A stretch of 63,640 bases of DNA, from contig JYFJ02002077.1 of NCBI GenBank assembly GCA_000934665.2, positions 1-63,640 of the forward strand. The letters run 5' to 3'. A program made the position numbers and the translations under genes. The notes under the pieces are model-generated. The model saw nothing but the letters and a program-made list of their open reading frames with translations. It had not been told where the DNA came from and did not search any database. Source of the stretch: Catajapyx aquilonaris. Lineage: Eukaryota. This document shows, one piece after another, positions 12,301-24,400 of the stretch (the stretch's first letter is position 1; every line of letters starts with the position of its first letter).

Positions 12301-14797
12301 TTAAATCCTGATAAGTGTTCCTAATACTACTAATGGTGAAGGGTCTGCCCTTTTTTCCCTCCCTTTTCTGGTGCAGGTATTTAGTCGAGAGTACAGTCAC
12401 AAAGACTTTTGCTTGGCTCACCTTTTCACTGACCTCAAGTTTGAAGGTGGTATCCTAGGCTTGGCTTATGTGGGTTCCCCTCGTCGTAACTCAGTTGGAG
12501 GTATTTGCACTCCAGGTTGGTGGCTGGTTCTGGGTGTATATTGCTTGAATGTTGACATGCACTTGTATATGCAGTGCCATTCTTTTTGTAGAGTACTTCA
12601 AGAATGGCTACACTCTCTACTTGAACTCTGGCCTCAGCTCCAGTCGCAACCACTACGGCCAGAGAGTAATCACTAGGGAAGCAGATCTGGTGACAGCACA
12701 CGAATTTGGACACAACTGGGGTTCTGAGCATGACCCAGACATTCCTGAGTGTAGTCCAAGCGCAAGTCAAGGAGGATCATACTTAATGTACACTTATTCA
12801 GTCAGTGGATATGACATGAACAACAAGGTAACATGATGGTGTCTAAAGTACTGATTGTCAGGTGTTACCCTTTTTTTTAGTCAGGGTAGAAATTTGACAA
12901 AAGTGACCTAGTAATGTTCACTTGTAGGTGCGTGTTTAAAAGAAACGAGTCACAGAGTACTTGTAGACATAATAAAATAGAATTTCAATTATTTAGTTTT
13001 TACAGTCTGCTATTTACTGGTAGTACTATTTTCATGCTCATGGCATGGCCTAGATTCATAGTAAGATGTCCGTGACATTCAGAACTGCTCTTTTGACTGA
13101 GACTCGTTGAGACATATTTTTCAGTGGCATTCTGAAAGATTCCGTCTTGTCTTCATCTTGGTACTGGCCCTTGACCATTTCTGCCACTTATATACTGTGT
13201 AAAAAACACAACTTATACATGTATGTTGTATACTGCCCTAGTTCAAGGGGGTGGACCAAGAAGTTACGAATTGATTGTTCCCCCCAGAAACTGGGAGAAA
13301 GAGAATCAGTAATCACTACAAGTGAATGTTGCGCTGAAGTTGCTTTCAGGATTTTTTGTTTTGTTTTTTAAGTGAATACTGAGGTAGGCAACTATTCATG
13401 GGGCCCCTTGTCAGAGCCAAGTTTAATTTTCCACTTGTCCAGAATTGTATAATTAGTGCTTTTTTGTCAAATTCAGTCACATGAATGTGCCACTTTGGAG
13501 AAATACTCGTTGCACCTTGCAGAAATTTTCACCATGCAGCTTACGTTCAATACGTAAGGTTCTTTTGGCCAAGAGTGGTCGATGCTTTTCTGAACCAGAA
13601 GAATCCTTTTGTGGTAATCTACGTGTGGAAGGTGAAGAGGAGTGTGATGCTGGCCTCCTTGGAACAGAGGATTCTGATGCTTGCTGTGACAAAAATTGTC
13701 GGCTGCGACGTGAGCAAGGAGCTGCATGCAGTGACAAGAACTCCCCTTGCTGTCAAGCCTGTCAATTCCTGCCCGTAGGAAGCAAGTGCCGCCATGCACA
13801 GCTGGCCACATGTGAACAGGAGAGTCGATGCACTGGAAACTCAGCCGACTGCCCAAAATCACCCCCAATGCCAGATGGGACGGAGTGTCTGGAGAGGGGA
13901 AAGTGTGTGCATGGGAGATGCATGCCGTTCTGTGAAACACAGAGCAAGCAAAGCTGCATGTGTGATGACAGTAAGTGCATTTGGATTGTAGTGCAAACAT
14001 CCCCCATTTTACAGATGCAATCTATACATATACTAGATTTATAGCCTACATACTTTGTCTAAGGGCCACCAATTGTTCACAGTCATCGACATTTTTACTG
14101 GTTGGGTTTTAACGTGGGAGTTTGACCTGGAATTCTGACTCACTCTGTAGGCCTATATTATAATGATAAATGAGAAGTCATGCATATTTGCAATCTTGAA
14201 GAATGGTATATCTAAAATAACATTAGGAAACTTATGCAAAGTGAGGGAAAATATTTCCTATTTGCAGTTGCTACCGCATGCCGGCGTTGTTGTCGTCTGC
14301 ACCTGAATGCAACATGCATGCCAGTGGAGCCACAGGATACCCTTCCAGATGGCACTCCCTGCATACAAGGCTTCTGCAACAAAGGAGTGTGTGAAAAGAC
14401 AGTCCAAGATGTTGTAGAACGCTTCTGGGACATCATTGAGGATATCACCATTAACACAGTACTGCGGTTTCTACGTGATAATATTGTAGGAACAGTAGTG
14501 GTATCGTCTGTTCTTGTGTGGATTCCTGCCAGCTGTCTCATCAGTTACGTTGACCGGAAGCGTAGGCTGGAGTACCAGAGGGACAGGGAGTGGCGTAGAA
14601 GGAATGAGTTTATCCATCCATCTGACTCAAGGCAAGTTATACATCTCCGAAAGAAGAGAGGAGTTGGGGTAGGGAGCAGTAACATTGGTGGAGGAGGAGG
14701 GGAGCCTATGCCCATACCATCTGCACCTCCAGCAACTCCACGCTCGGAGATGGGTCACTCACGGATGACCCCTATGCACCATGTGGCGCCATTGTGA
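6306..14797 (+). CDS. ADAM17: ADAM17/TACE disintegrin metalloprotease
   Basis: Signal peptide exon [18 protein letters not shown]. Exons ~6306-6378, 7120-7272, 7336-7436, 7509-7629, 7989-8310, 9923-10118, [11378-11522 or 12377-12515], 12592-12827, 13523-13970, 14268-14797. Cys switch VCGY, furin site REKR, zinc motif [12 protein letters not shown], Met-turn YLMY, disintegrin domain, [13 protein letters not shown] (CANDIS-like) and a transmembrane helix. Confidence 0.96.
8758..9540. mobile_element. Degenerate pogo/Tigger-like element in ADAM17 intron
   Basis: Terminus TAGTCATATCCCTTTATAACGAA with repeated ATAACG(G/A)A subterminal motifs, which recur near 9505. Confidence 0.45.
10609..11131. 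mobile_element. pogo/Tigger-like MITE (family A, copy 2)
   Basis: Colinear with 267-877, with the same TIRs and TA flanks and small internal deletions. Confidence 0.9.
11378..11522 (+). CDS. ADAM17: Alternative duplicated ADAM17 catalytic-domain exon A
   Basis: TTTCTAG|GTG ... CAAG|GTGCAC. Open 145-nt exon encoding [48 protein letters not shown], homologous to exon 12377-12515 and with the same splice phases (0 to 1). Confidence 0.82.
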
Positions 14798-17021
14798 TTT
14801 ATCGCCCACCCTGCCTCGGAGGAGAGCGGTTGCGACCCTCCTTCAGACCAACATGAGGAGACTACAAGGTTGTGACTGCGGAAATGGAATATACATCAGC
14901 AGAAGGACGCATGTGGGGACTCAAAGTGAGGTTGCACTTTTCTAAAGTGAAGGTAGTTTTAGTGAATGAAGGGCACCAGGCTCATGTTTCTGGAAGTGAC
15001 AGTGAATTGTAGGGCTTTTCAGTAAGCAGGGTTTTAATTGCAAGACTTGCCATTACAGTCAAGCTCACATGAACCAGAACAGACACATTGGTAACATGTG
15101 AGTATAGAGCACTAATTGGACACTAACTTGTAAGATAATAGTGTCACTGATGGGATATTCACAAGGAGACAGAAAAGGAGAGCAAATTAACTAGCCCTCC
15201 TCTGTGGGTGCCCATCTTCTTGAGAGCCACCCTGAAGTGTAAAGCATTGAAAATGAATGCTTATGAACCAGCCTTTCAGATATTTCCATATGAACAGGAG
15301 CTATAGGATGATAAGACCCACTGTGAAGAGTAAAATATTGCTGTCAACTTTTAATTGCACAAAAAGTAGTGTTCAGCACACTTACCACAATAGGTTGTTA
15401 TAGTGAAACCTGTGTATAACGGACTCGGAATGCACTGGACTCCATTAAGGAACTTTCATGTGGCCCATTTAAGGCCATACTGGGGGCACTCACTCAGGTA
15501 TGGAGGTGCACACTGTGAAGAGTATGCATTTAAATATTCAGACCACATTCAGACTGACATCTCCACTGTTGTCATTACTAATCGAGGCACAATAATAATG
15601 TAATAATGTAAGCAAATGGGAGTAAGGTGTACAATGCGGAGGTGTACATTAATTTTGTGAGTGAGTACCTCTGTGATCCCTGAGCAGAATGTTCAGTGTA
15701 TTCTTGGTTCACATAACAGAAATATGTTCAGTAAGGACATTTTTTCAGAATGGAGCAGCTTCATTATATGTAGGTTTCACTGTGTTGTTATTTGCACTGC
15801 CATGAAGTGTTGCTGAATACAACCTACAGTACTGATTACTTATAATTAAGAATGCAAGGAAGAAAGTTGTCATGCTATGTATTAGGCAACATTGTTGACT
15901 GTATTAATTCCCCAAGGCAGGGAAAAATTATTAACTTTCTGGTCAGGACCTTTTCATACAAGAGAATACATTCCAACCAAGTCAGTATTTTGTATGTGTG
16001 TCAGCCATATGGCTGTGCCATAAAAGTATCAAGCCTCATTAAGATGATTCCATGTGTCATACATTCAACAATCCAGTTGAGCCCGTGAGTGACCATTGCA
16101 TGGATGTTACAGGGAAGCATGGGATTGGCACTCATATACCTGCATGATATTGATCAAGTTGATCTGTTCTATACATGATTTTTAACTGGATGACATTATT
16201 CATCTTGCAGCTGAACTCAAAGTTGCTGTCATTAATCTGTAATTAAACATTATTCTGGTCATACTCCATTGTGAATATAAAGTGAACCTGAACTTAAATT
16301 TTCCACTTGTTCTAGTACCAAGTCAAGAATTTCTCATGCTACTGTGTAATTGACATGAACAAGTAACCAAAGATAGATGCTAAATCTACTTTGCAGCATG
16401 AAATGCTATAGTATGGCACTAACATGAGTGGCATTATGACCTTGGCACTGAATTATTAATTACCACAATTTTGTCCACAGCTATGCTAGGTTTGCAAAAT
16501 TGTCAGAATTTATCAGTGACCATACAATAGCAGGCTATCATTTCATGCTGTAGCAGTAGGGATGTTACGTGAATGGCCATTGTACTTCAAAAAACCGGAT
16601 TATTCATAAATGTGCTGAATTTGTAACATTTTATTGAGGAGCTACTGTACAGTGATGCCACATTTTGTCTCCTAAGGTACTCAGTTTACTGCCATACTTG
16701 ATCATCTCAGCATTCACAATGTGCAATAAATAGTTCCATGCTAATTGGTGTGAAACTTCAGTGTTCAGTAAAATGAAGGTAACTAAAATTATACATACAT
16801 AAAGTATAATATGTAATCAGAAATGTACAAATGGTTGTGATTTTCCAGCACTTATGAATAGGTTCAGATTATTAATTTACATTAACTGTCAATAAAGCAT
16901 TTCCAAATCATTCAAGTATTATTTGAAATAAATACATAATAGTTGAACCTGCATGGCAGGGGTACACTTTGCCTTCCCACCAGCCCATATTCACCAGGTT
17001 CACACATGATCAGCAGCTCTC

Positions 17022-17607
17022 ACAAGGGAACGGTCAGGGTCGGTCGCCTCTGATTTGGTTGAAACTTGCTTGAGGGGTCATTCATGTGCGATAGACACCG
17101 TGGTGAAAGTTGTAGCTGACACTGTCCAGCTGTTTCCGAGATATGAGCGACAGAAACATCAGAAATTTGGCCCGGTATTTATTATGAGAGACCTCTCATA
17201 ATAAATACCGGAGCAAAGAAACAATGGAAAACGAAACTGTTGGTGGAGGAGTGGGGGATGGTGTATGCTGTATGAGTGTATGGGATCGGAAAAAAAAAGG
17301 GGGGGGGGGGGGNGGGGGGGAATCAAGGTAGAAGGGATTTGGAGCTGGCAGAGCAGCTCACGGCAAAATCACATGTCCAATGCTCTATGCACTTGACTAC
17401 CATCAGCTCTTCCTTGCATTCATCCCTTCTAGCCCGAACTCCTATGTGTGGGGCCAAAATTAGGATGTTTCTGTCGCTCATATCTCGGAAATGGTTGGAC
17501 AGTGTCAGCTAAAACTTTCACCACTGCACTGTGTCTATCACACATGAATGACCCCTCAAGCAAGTTTCAACCAAATTGGAGGCTACCGACCTTGACTGTT
17601 CCCTTGT
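17022..17607. mobile_element. Foldback/long-TIR non-autonomous element
   Basis: Imperfect inverted arms of about 150 bp (ACAAGGGAACGGTCAGGGTCGGT... / ...ACCGACCTTGACTGTTCCCTTGT), plus an internal hairpin at 17172-17211. Confidence 0.85.
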
Positions 17608-17921
17608 CAGAAGCGAGTCTCCCTTTCCATTTTCCATGCTTATATTCCTTTCCTCCCCTCTGCTGCTTTTCCACCTGTTTCCTACCCACCCCACTTTTTC
17701 CAGCATCACACAGGGTATCATTACACCTTTTCCTAAGAAAATTCTTTCGTGGTTTAGCCCACCAATTTTTTGCAGTTTATGTTTACGAGTTCTTGACGCC
17801 TGTTATTAGTTTACTGAAAAATTCATTAATATTCCATAAAAGGAAAGCTCATGAAGGTTATGATAAATCTTACTGCACATTGGCCGTCATAGCATGTTTT
17901 ATTGCTGCAATGTGACAATTA

Positions 17922-20620
17922 TTATGCTACAACCTTGGCCTCCAAACTAGAAACCACATCAGGTATCCTCTGCACAAGCTCCTTCTCTGTGAGTTTGAAG
18001 TCACTCTGGATCCAGTCTTCCTTGAGGATCTGCAGCACCTTGGTCATGGCCCGTCCTGATGGTACCCCTGCTTCTTTCAGAGCCTGTCCTCCCACAGGAA
18101 ACCTTGGTGTCTGCCACTCTTGCAATCCCTTCAGCAGGTTTCCATCTCCCCTGTATTTCAGCACCTCCCCCACCCATTCTCTGACGTCTGACTGCTTGCA
18201 CTTGGCTGTCAGGATCAATGTTTGGTATGGCCTCAGGCGGTTCTCAGAAGGTTTGTCCTGACGGTGCTCCACAACAAATAGACAACAGTCACGTTCAAAG
18301 CTGGACAGGCGGAGGCGAGAGTGCATGTGAAGGACTTCGGATTCATCCCTCAGAAGAGATGCCAAGAGGGTTACCGGCTGGAAGTTATTCAAAGGCAATT
18401 ATGTCAGTACATATATCTGAACTGAATTTAACCTGAAAAAGACAGAGTTCAGATTTCTGGTTTGGACCACTCAAGAGGGTGGTGCAATTCCAAACATGAC
18501 ACAAGCAAAAAGGTGTAAGACTAGAGATTAACTTTCCCAATCCCATGAGCCAGTCACACATGACTTATCACCACAGACCTACTTTTTGCATCCCTCTGTA
18601 AAGTACCACATAAAATGAGGGCTGTGGGGGAAAAACATGATAACTGACAAAAGAGTAATTTTTCAGGAGAGCGAATTGAAGTTTGAATTTGCTTAACAAA
18701 TCATAGGGAATGCTGGTTTTGATCTAGTCCGTGTGGCCGTCTCGTGCATGATACATTAACTTGGAGTATACCAAACTGTTTGTCATGTCTTATACATAGT
18801 TGCTAGGTGTTTAGGTAAAAAATGACAAAAATGTCAGTTATCATGTTTTTCCCCCACAGCCCTCAAATGATACTCACTGCAGGTTTGAAAGAGCTGGCTC
18901 TCTCCCACATAATGTTGAGTTGTTCCTTCCTGTCCAAGCAGTTCTCAGGTAGACCCATGTATGGCCCCAGCTCAAGTCCCATCATTAGCATGAGTAAGCC
19001 TACAGAATTGTTTCCAGAGAGAATCTTCCTTAGTTCACTCCACACTCTCTCCCCAGATATTCTTCCAAGACCATCCCTGCACTCTCGAATGGCCTCCAGG
19101 GTGTTTTTATCATGATTATCATGATCTCTGGAAATTCGGCCATGGAACCTAAAGTATCTGAAATGTTACAAAGCTAATTTGAGACACGCACAAGTTAGTC
19201 AACATAACTAACAATAAGAGACCTACAATAAAAAATAAAGAATACACCTTGCAAACATGGGGAGCCCATGGGAAGGGAAAGTCTGCAGTTTTCACTGCAA
19301 GAGATTATAGCAGCGGTTTCTCTGTCAAGGACAGTGCATGGAAGCTCATACAATATAATTATACAATGAAAACTGTGTGGCATATGTTCCATATATTTGG
19401 CTCAGTCATGTGTGTTCAATAGCAAACCTTACACATGTGGCAGGAACTTGTCATCAAAATTATAATATTCCACATCCAGTAATTTTAAAAAACTCAAACT
19501 GCTCCCAAGGTTTCCCTCAGGCTTACCTGAGAATGCGCAAGTAATCTTCCTGTATCCTCTTGGTTGGGTCCCCAACGAATGCTACTCTTCGTTGCTCAAT
19601 GTCTTTGAGGCCATCCACATAATCATAAACAGTTCCATCCAATCCAAGAAACAAGGCGTTAACAGTGAGGTCACGACGAGTTGCATCTAGCTGCCAAGAG
19701 GTGGTGAAGTCAACCTTGGCATGTCGACCATCTGTCACGAGGTCAACTCGAAGAGTAGTTACTTCAAAGTTAGCCTTGTCATTAATCCGGGCTGTGACAG
19801 TGCCATGAGATTCCCCTTTGGAATTAATAGTGCGGATTTGCTCAGAAGCAAACATGGACTTCATCTGATCTGGAGTAGCAGGCGTTGCGAAGTCAAGGTC
19901 ATGGGGCTGCACACCTGAAAGACGAACCATGAGAATAAATACACAAGTCAATCACGAATATGTGGGTGAAAAATGTTGCCCGAGAGGAAATAATTCAAAT
20001 AAATCAATGACTGCCTTTCCTAAATGCCGACTAAGGTCCTAATCAGCCAGAAAAATCTTCAGTGCGATCAGAGTCTGCACCTTTCACATGACAATACTTG
20101 CAACACATCTAGAAGTGGAGAGTGTGACACTGCTGCCGTACCTGTTAACTATTGTCACAAGTCATTTGTGGCCATGACATGTCAATACCCTGGCTAGAAC
20201 CTGCCACTGCAGCACAACCCAGCAAGCATGAGGAGTCAAATGGGAATTATATTTAGGCGGGATGTGCGACTGACCCATGAGCAGGTCCCTGACGGCCCCC
20301 CCTGCGATCCGGATCTGATGTCCGTGCCTCTGGAAGATGCCGGCCAGTGTGTCCAGCTCAGGGGTGAAAATGGACTTGAACTCTGGGCTGCCGGTGTCCA
20401 GCTTGAAGGTGGTGGGATCCATCTCGTCGCCGGTTGAGGTGTGGACGTCGCGTCGACAGCGGGGGTGGTGGTGTCGGTGACTGTGGGTGCAGGCAGGGGC
20501 CACCAGCGCAGTGGTCGTCCTCCTGCCCAGGCACCAGCAGCGGACGGTCGGCGATGCAGCAACGGCTGAGGCAACAACTGTCCGAAGCTGCAACACGCGC
20601 AACACACTGCAAGCCGCCAT
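17922..20620 (-). CDS. TRNT1: CCA tRNA nucleotidyltransferase 1
   Basis: Exons ~20620-20274, 19914-19527, 19158-18878 and 18380-17922. Motifs [43 protein letters not shown] and ISGERVW. Arg-rich N-terminal presequence. Confidence 0.95.
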
Positions 20621-21458
20621 TGGCCACTCGACAGCCCCCGCATGCAGCGACGCCGTGCGGTATCTTCACCTTTGATCTTCACCAACTACATGCCACTCTA
20701 CCGACGACAGGTGGCGTTGTCAAGGCGCCATGTTGGGTCCCACACATGTTGCCCTCTTTCAAATTATTTAGTCGCATCACAAATGTAACTTGCATTTGAC
20801 AATTTTTAGTAGACCGAAAATACAATATATGTGGCTAACGGCAACGAACAATGTGCAGGTCACCCATGTGGCAACCGGCCAATCGTCTTTTTAATTGATT
20901 TCTTGCCCTTGATTTTCACAGTACTTTAATCACGTGGTTACTTTGATGAAATGTTTTGCTGTGGATGTGGACGAAAGCACGTTAGTCTGGCAATCAGCTG
21001 ATTGTCGCCCGAGGAGGACCAGCTGACACCGTGTGTCGCCATTGGGCCGTAGAAAAGCGGTCGAGTGAATAAGGATCGGAGAGGGGACAGCATGCTGATG
21101 CGGAGGGCCACAAAAAACGAGGTCAAGCGGCAAGTTTGGTAATGGGACTTTTGCGAAAGCGCCTCCTCAGATGGTTTTTTTTGAGGCGGCCTGGTGGTGG
21201 TGGTGAAATATAAAGAAAGGTGTGTGGAAAGAAGAGAGAGAAAAACGGAGAGAAAGGTGAAGGAGACTCATACGCTGCTGATATGGAGAGAGAGAAAAAA
21301 GGAGTGTGCTTGTGTAGTAATGGAGTAATAGAAGGAGCAGGAAGTGAAAACTTGTGGTGGTCTGCATGTTTCATTATTTGCAGCTGGAGGAGGAGGAGGA
21401 GCAACTTGAATGAGTTGTGTAATTGGCAGCGGGCCAGGGGGAGACCAGCAATCTTTGA

Positions 21459-24400
21459 ATGATAAACTTGAGGCTGGGGTGTTTGCTTCTGATCAGTCGG
21501 TCACTAGCCAGCCAACCCAGCAGCAGCAGGTTTCCCTTTGTCTTCACCATGAGCAGGTACAGCCCACCTGATGTCAAGCTGCCCTTCAAGCACCTTCCAC
21601 TGCCCACTGGTAAGGTACCCACGGACAGGGAAAGAATGTGTTTTGTCAAGGTTAATGATCTTGAATTGCTGGATGGCATTTTGCAGGCCCTGCTGTTACA
21701 GTGTTGTACAGGCCCAGAAAGAAAGCGAATTATTTTTCTGACATCTTTTGTTTGTAAATGAAACCTGCGGTTTTACTGCAGATGACTATGTAAAAGAACT
21801 TCTAAAATTTTATTAGCAAGTTCAGTTTTAACCCATAGCAAAAAGTCACGTGCATTGTACGTAGCATTTCATTGGAATCTGTATTATTTGTGTGTGACGG
21901 GTCAAATTAATCAGTTTGGTGTCTGCATAGTGTCTAACAACATTTTAACATAAGTAGGTTCAATAATCTTTGGTCCATTCCTTGGACGCTTACTGCAACA
22001 GTAGCCAGACTACTATTTGGTCTCTGACAATCACTGAGGGAATCTCTCCAGAAATCTCCTGTTGCAATGATAGAGTCATTCAGGGATTCCCTTTAAAAAT
22101 GGCACAACTGAGAATGGCTAGCTAATTTCCTAGATTCCTACTAAGATTCTGAGGTGTTTTAAACCAAAGTCAGTAATAAATTGATAATTAATTTATGCAA
22201 AAAGGCAAAATGTTGGAAAAGTATTCCTCCCAAAAAGGGTATTTTTTTCCCAGGGAAAAAACACATTTTCTCTCATGATACCTCTTTCAAACACTCCCTC
22301 CTGTACAACTTTTTTTTCCTCTTTAAAGGAAAGTATCCAGTGGGATGTGTTGACATCATGACAGAATATTCAAAGAAGGGAACCTTCATGCGATTGTACT
22401 ACCCCACTACAGATGCAAATATTAAGGTACTTTTTTTTCATTCATGTCAAATTATTATTGAGCATTTCCCCAATTCACTGTATAACTGATATGTTTTGAG
22501 AAATTAATTCACAGTAATGCCAGTAAATTTTGTACAGTATGTTTTTAATTCTTCACATTGATTAACCCTTAACTACGTAGGTGGAGCCTGAGAGGCTCCA
22601 AGCACTATTTAAACGCATGGAACTTTTTCATTGAATTTTATTTTCCCCTGCCCTTCCATGACTTTGTCAGAAAAATCTTCCTAAGCATGAAAAGGAAAGA
22701 ATTTTTTTTAAAGTCCCTATTGTTTGGTTTAAAAAAATTCGTAACGAGGAACAGGTCACTCCTGGAACCGCTCAGGCTCTAGGTGAAGCCTGAGCGGCTC
22801 AAGCATGATGTAACCTTTTAATTAAGAATTTTTCCCTGTCGGAATATGCTGACTCAGCGTGTGATTTTTACGTTTTCGGAAGCCTAATGATCTGAACTGC
22901 ACTTTCTGTATGTGAAAAGTCCAATATAACAATTTAGTTGATAAGCAGAAATTTAAATATACCGTTGGAGCCTCTCAGGCTCCACCTACGTAGTTAAAGG
23001 TGTTTCGCCCACCTACGTAGTTAAGGGTTAATAAATCCTATTGCATTATAAATTGACAATTTAAAGTGTGACATTGAAATCAGTATAAGTTAATTCATAT
23101 ATCTAGCTGAACTGAAATTTAATAAAAAAATTTATCCACCTAAGGAACTATGTTGCAGTTGGCCTGATTGGATCCCCAGCAAGGAATATATTGAAGCATA
23201 TGGAAAACTGTGGAAGTCATGGTCCAACTTCGTCAACTTCATATATGAATGGGTTGTGGGTAAGGAACATTTATTTAATTGTCTTTTAAAATAACGATAA
23301 GCCCCTTTTTATGACTAAATGCACTGTGTTGATGCTATCCAGGCCTTGAGCCCATATTTCAGACAGGATATTTTCTCTAGTGATAAATATTCCTTAGGCC
23401 TGGTAATGGGTTGGTACTTTTGTGAATCTTAAGCAGTTGTCACCGCAGGTGCTATGAGCACCTATGGTTGCCTATGAAAATTCCGGAGTTGCTTCCGTAA
23501 TTAATAGGCCACAGCCGCTTCCTTCCGTCCCTATCCTATCCCAAAGAGCACAGTAAAATTAAAGCAAAGAGTTCCAGGCAAAACAAACTTCCCCCCTAAA
23601 GAGCCGATGGCTGATAACGGGGTATGAATTATTTATTACCTACGGTTGCCTATATTGTAATATGATAAAATAGGGCAATGAACATTAGACATGATCATGA
23701 TAATGCGTGTACTCTAGATTTTGCCAAAATGAAAAGTGAGCCATTCAAAGTTCTACCTATGCTATGTGTCGGCTCCTCTGGAACACTACAGGGTATGCCA
23801 GTTTAATTCAGTTCCAGTTTTAGTGAGCAATTGGCATCTCTGAAAATAGGGTATCATCAGGGATCTAATCCCTGGTATCATCTACCTTTGCTAGAAAAGT
23901 GACTGTTGCGGCCAATTTAAATAGGTAAAATTTCAACTTCATGAATTTAATCTTGCATGCATTCTTGTGTCTAACATAATTAATAACCATCTCCACTAAA
24001 AAATTTGCAATTCATAGCAAAATGGATTCAGGAAGTGTCATTTATGTAACAGTTATATAACAGTGAGGAATTGATGGAGGCTTGTTGTTATCTTTAAACT
24101 AAGGGTGAACCATGACTTCATGGAGCCCTAAGGCTAGGTCTTTTTCCAGAGTTAAACAATGGATATTGCAAGGGAATATTCATCACTTGTATTTTTGTTA
24201 AAATATGAGTTACAACATTGCATGACGGGTTTTAATATAGCACAAACCAAAGAGGTTATTATGTCAGAAACCGAAGGACTGCCCAGTTTTAAAGATAAGG
24301 TCATGAAATTCATGATTAAGTCCCTGGCCCACGCCATAAGGAATTTGTGTACTGGTATGCCTGAAAACTGCAATATTTGATGGTGATGACATTTCTAATT

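Noticed and set aside
17299..17320. Poly-G/C runs (also ~25486, ~42062, ~50755) as G-quadruplex elements
   Set aside because: Several contain N bases, so run lengths are unreliable assembly features.
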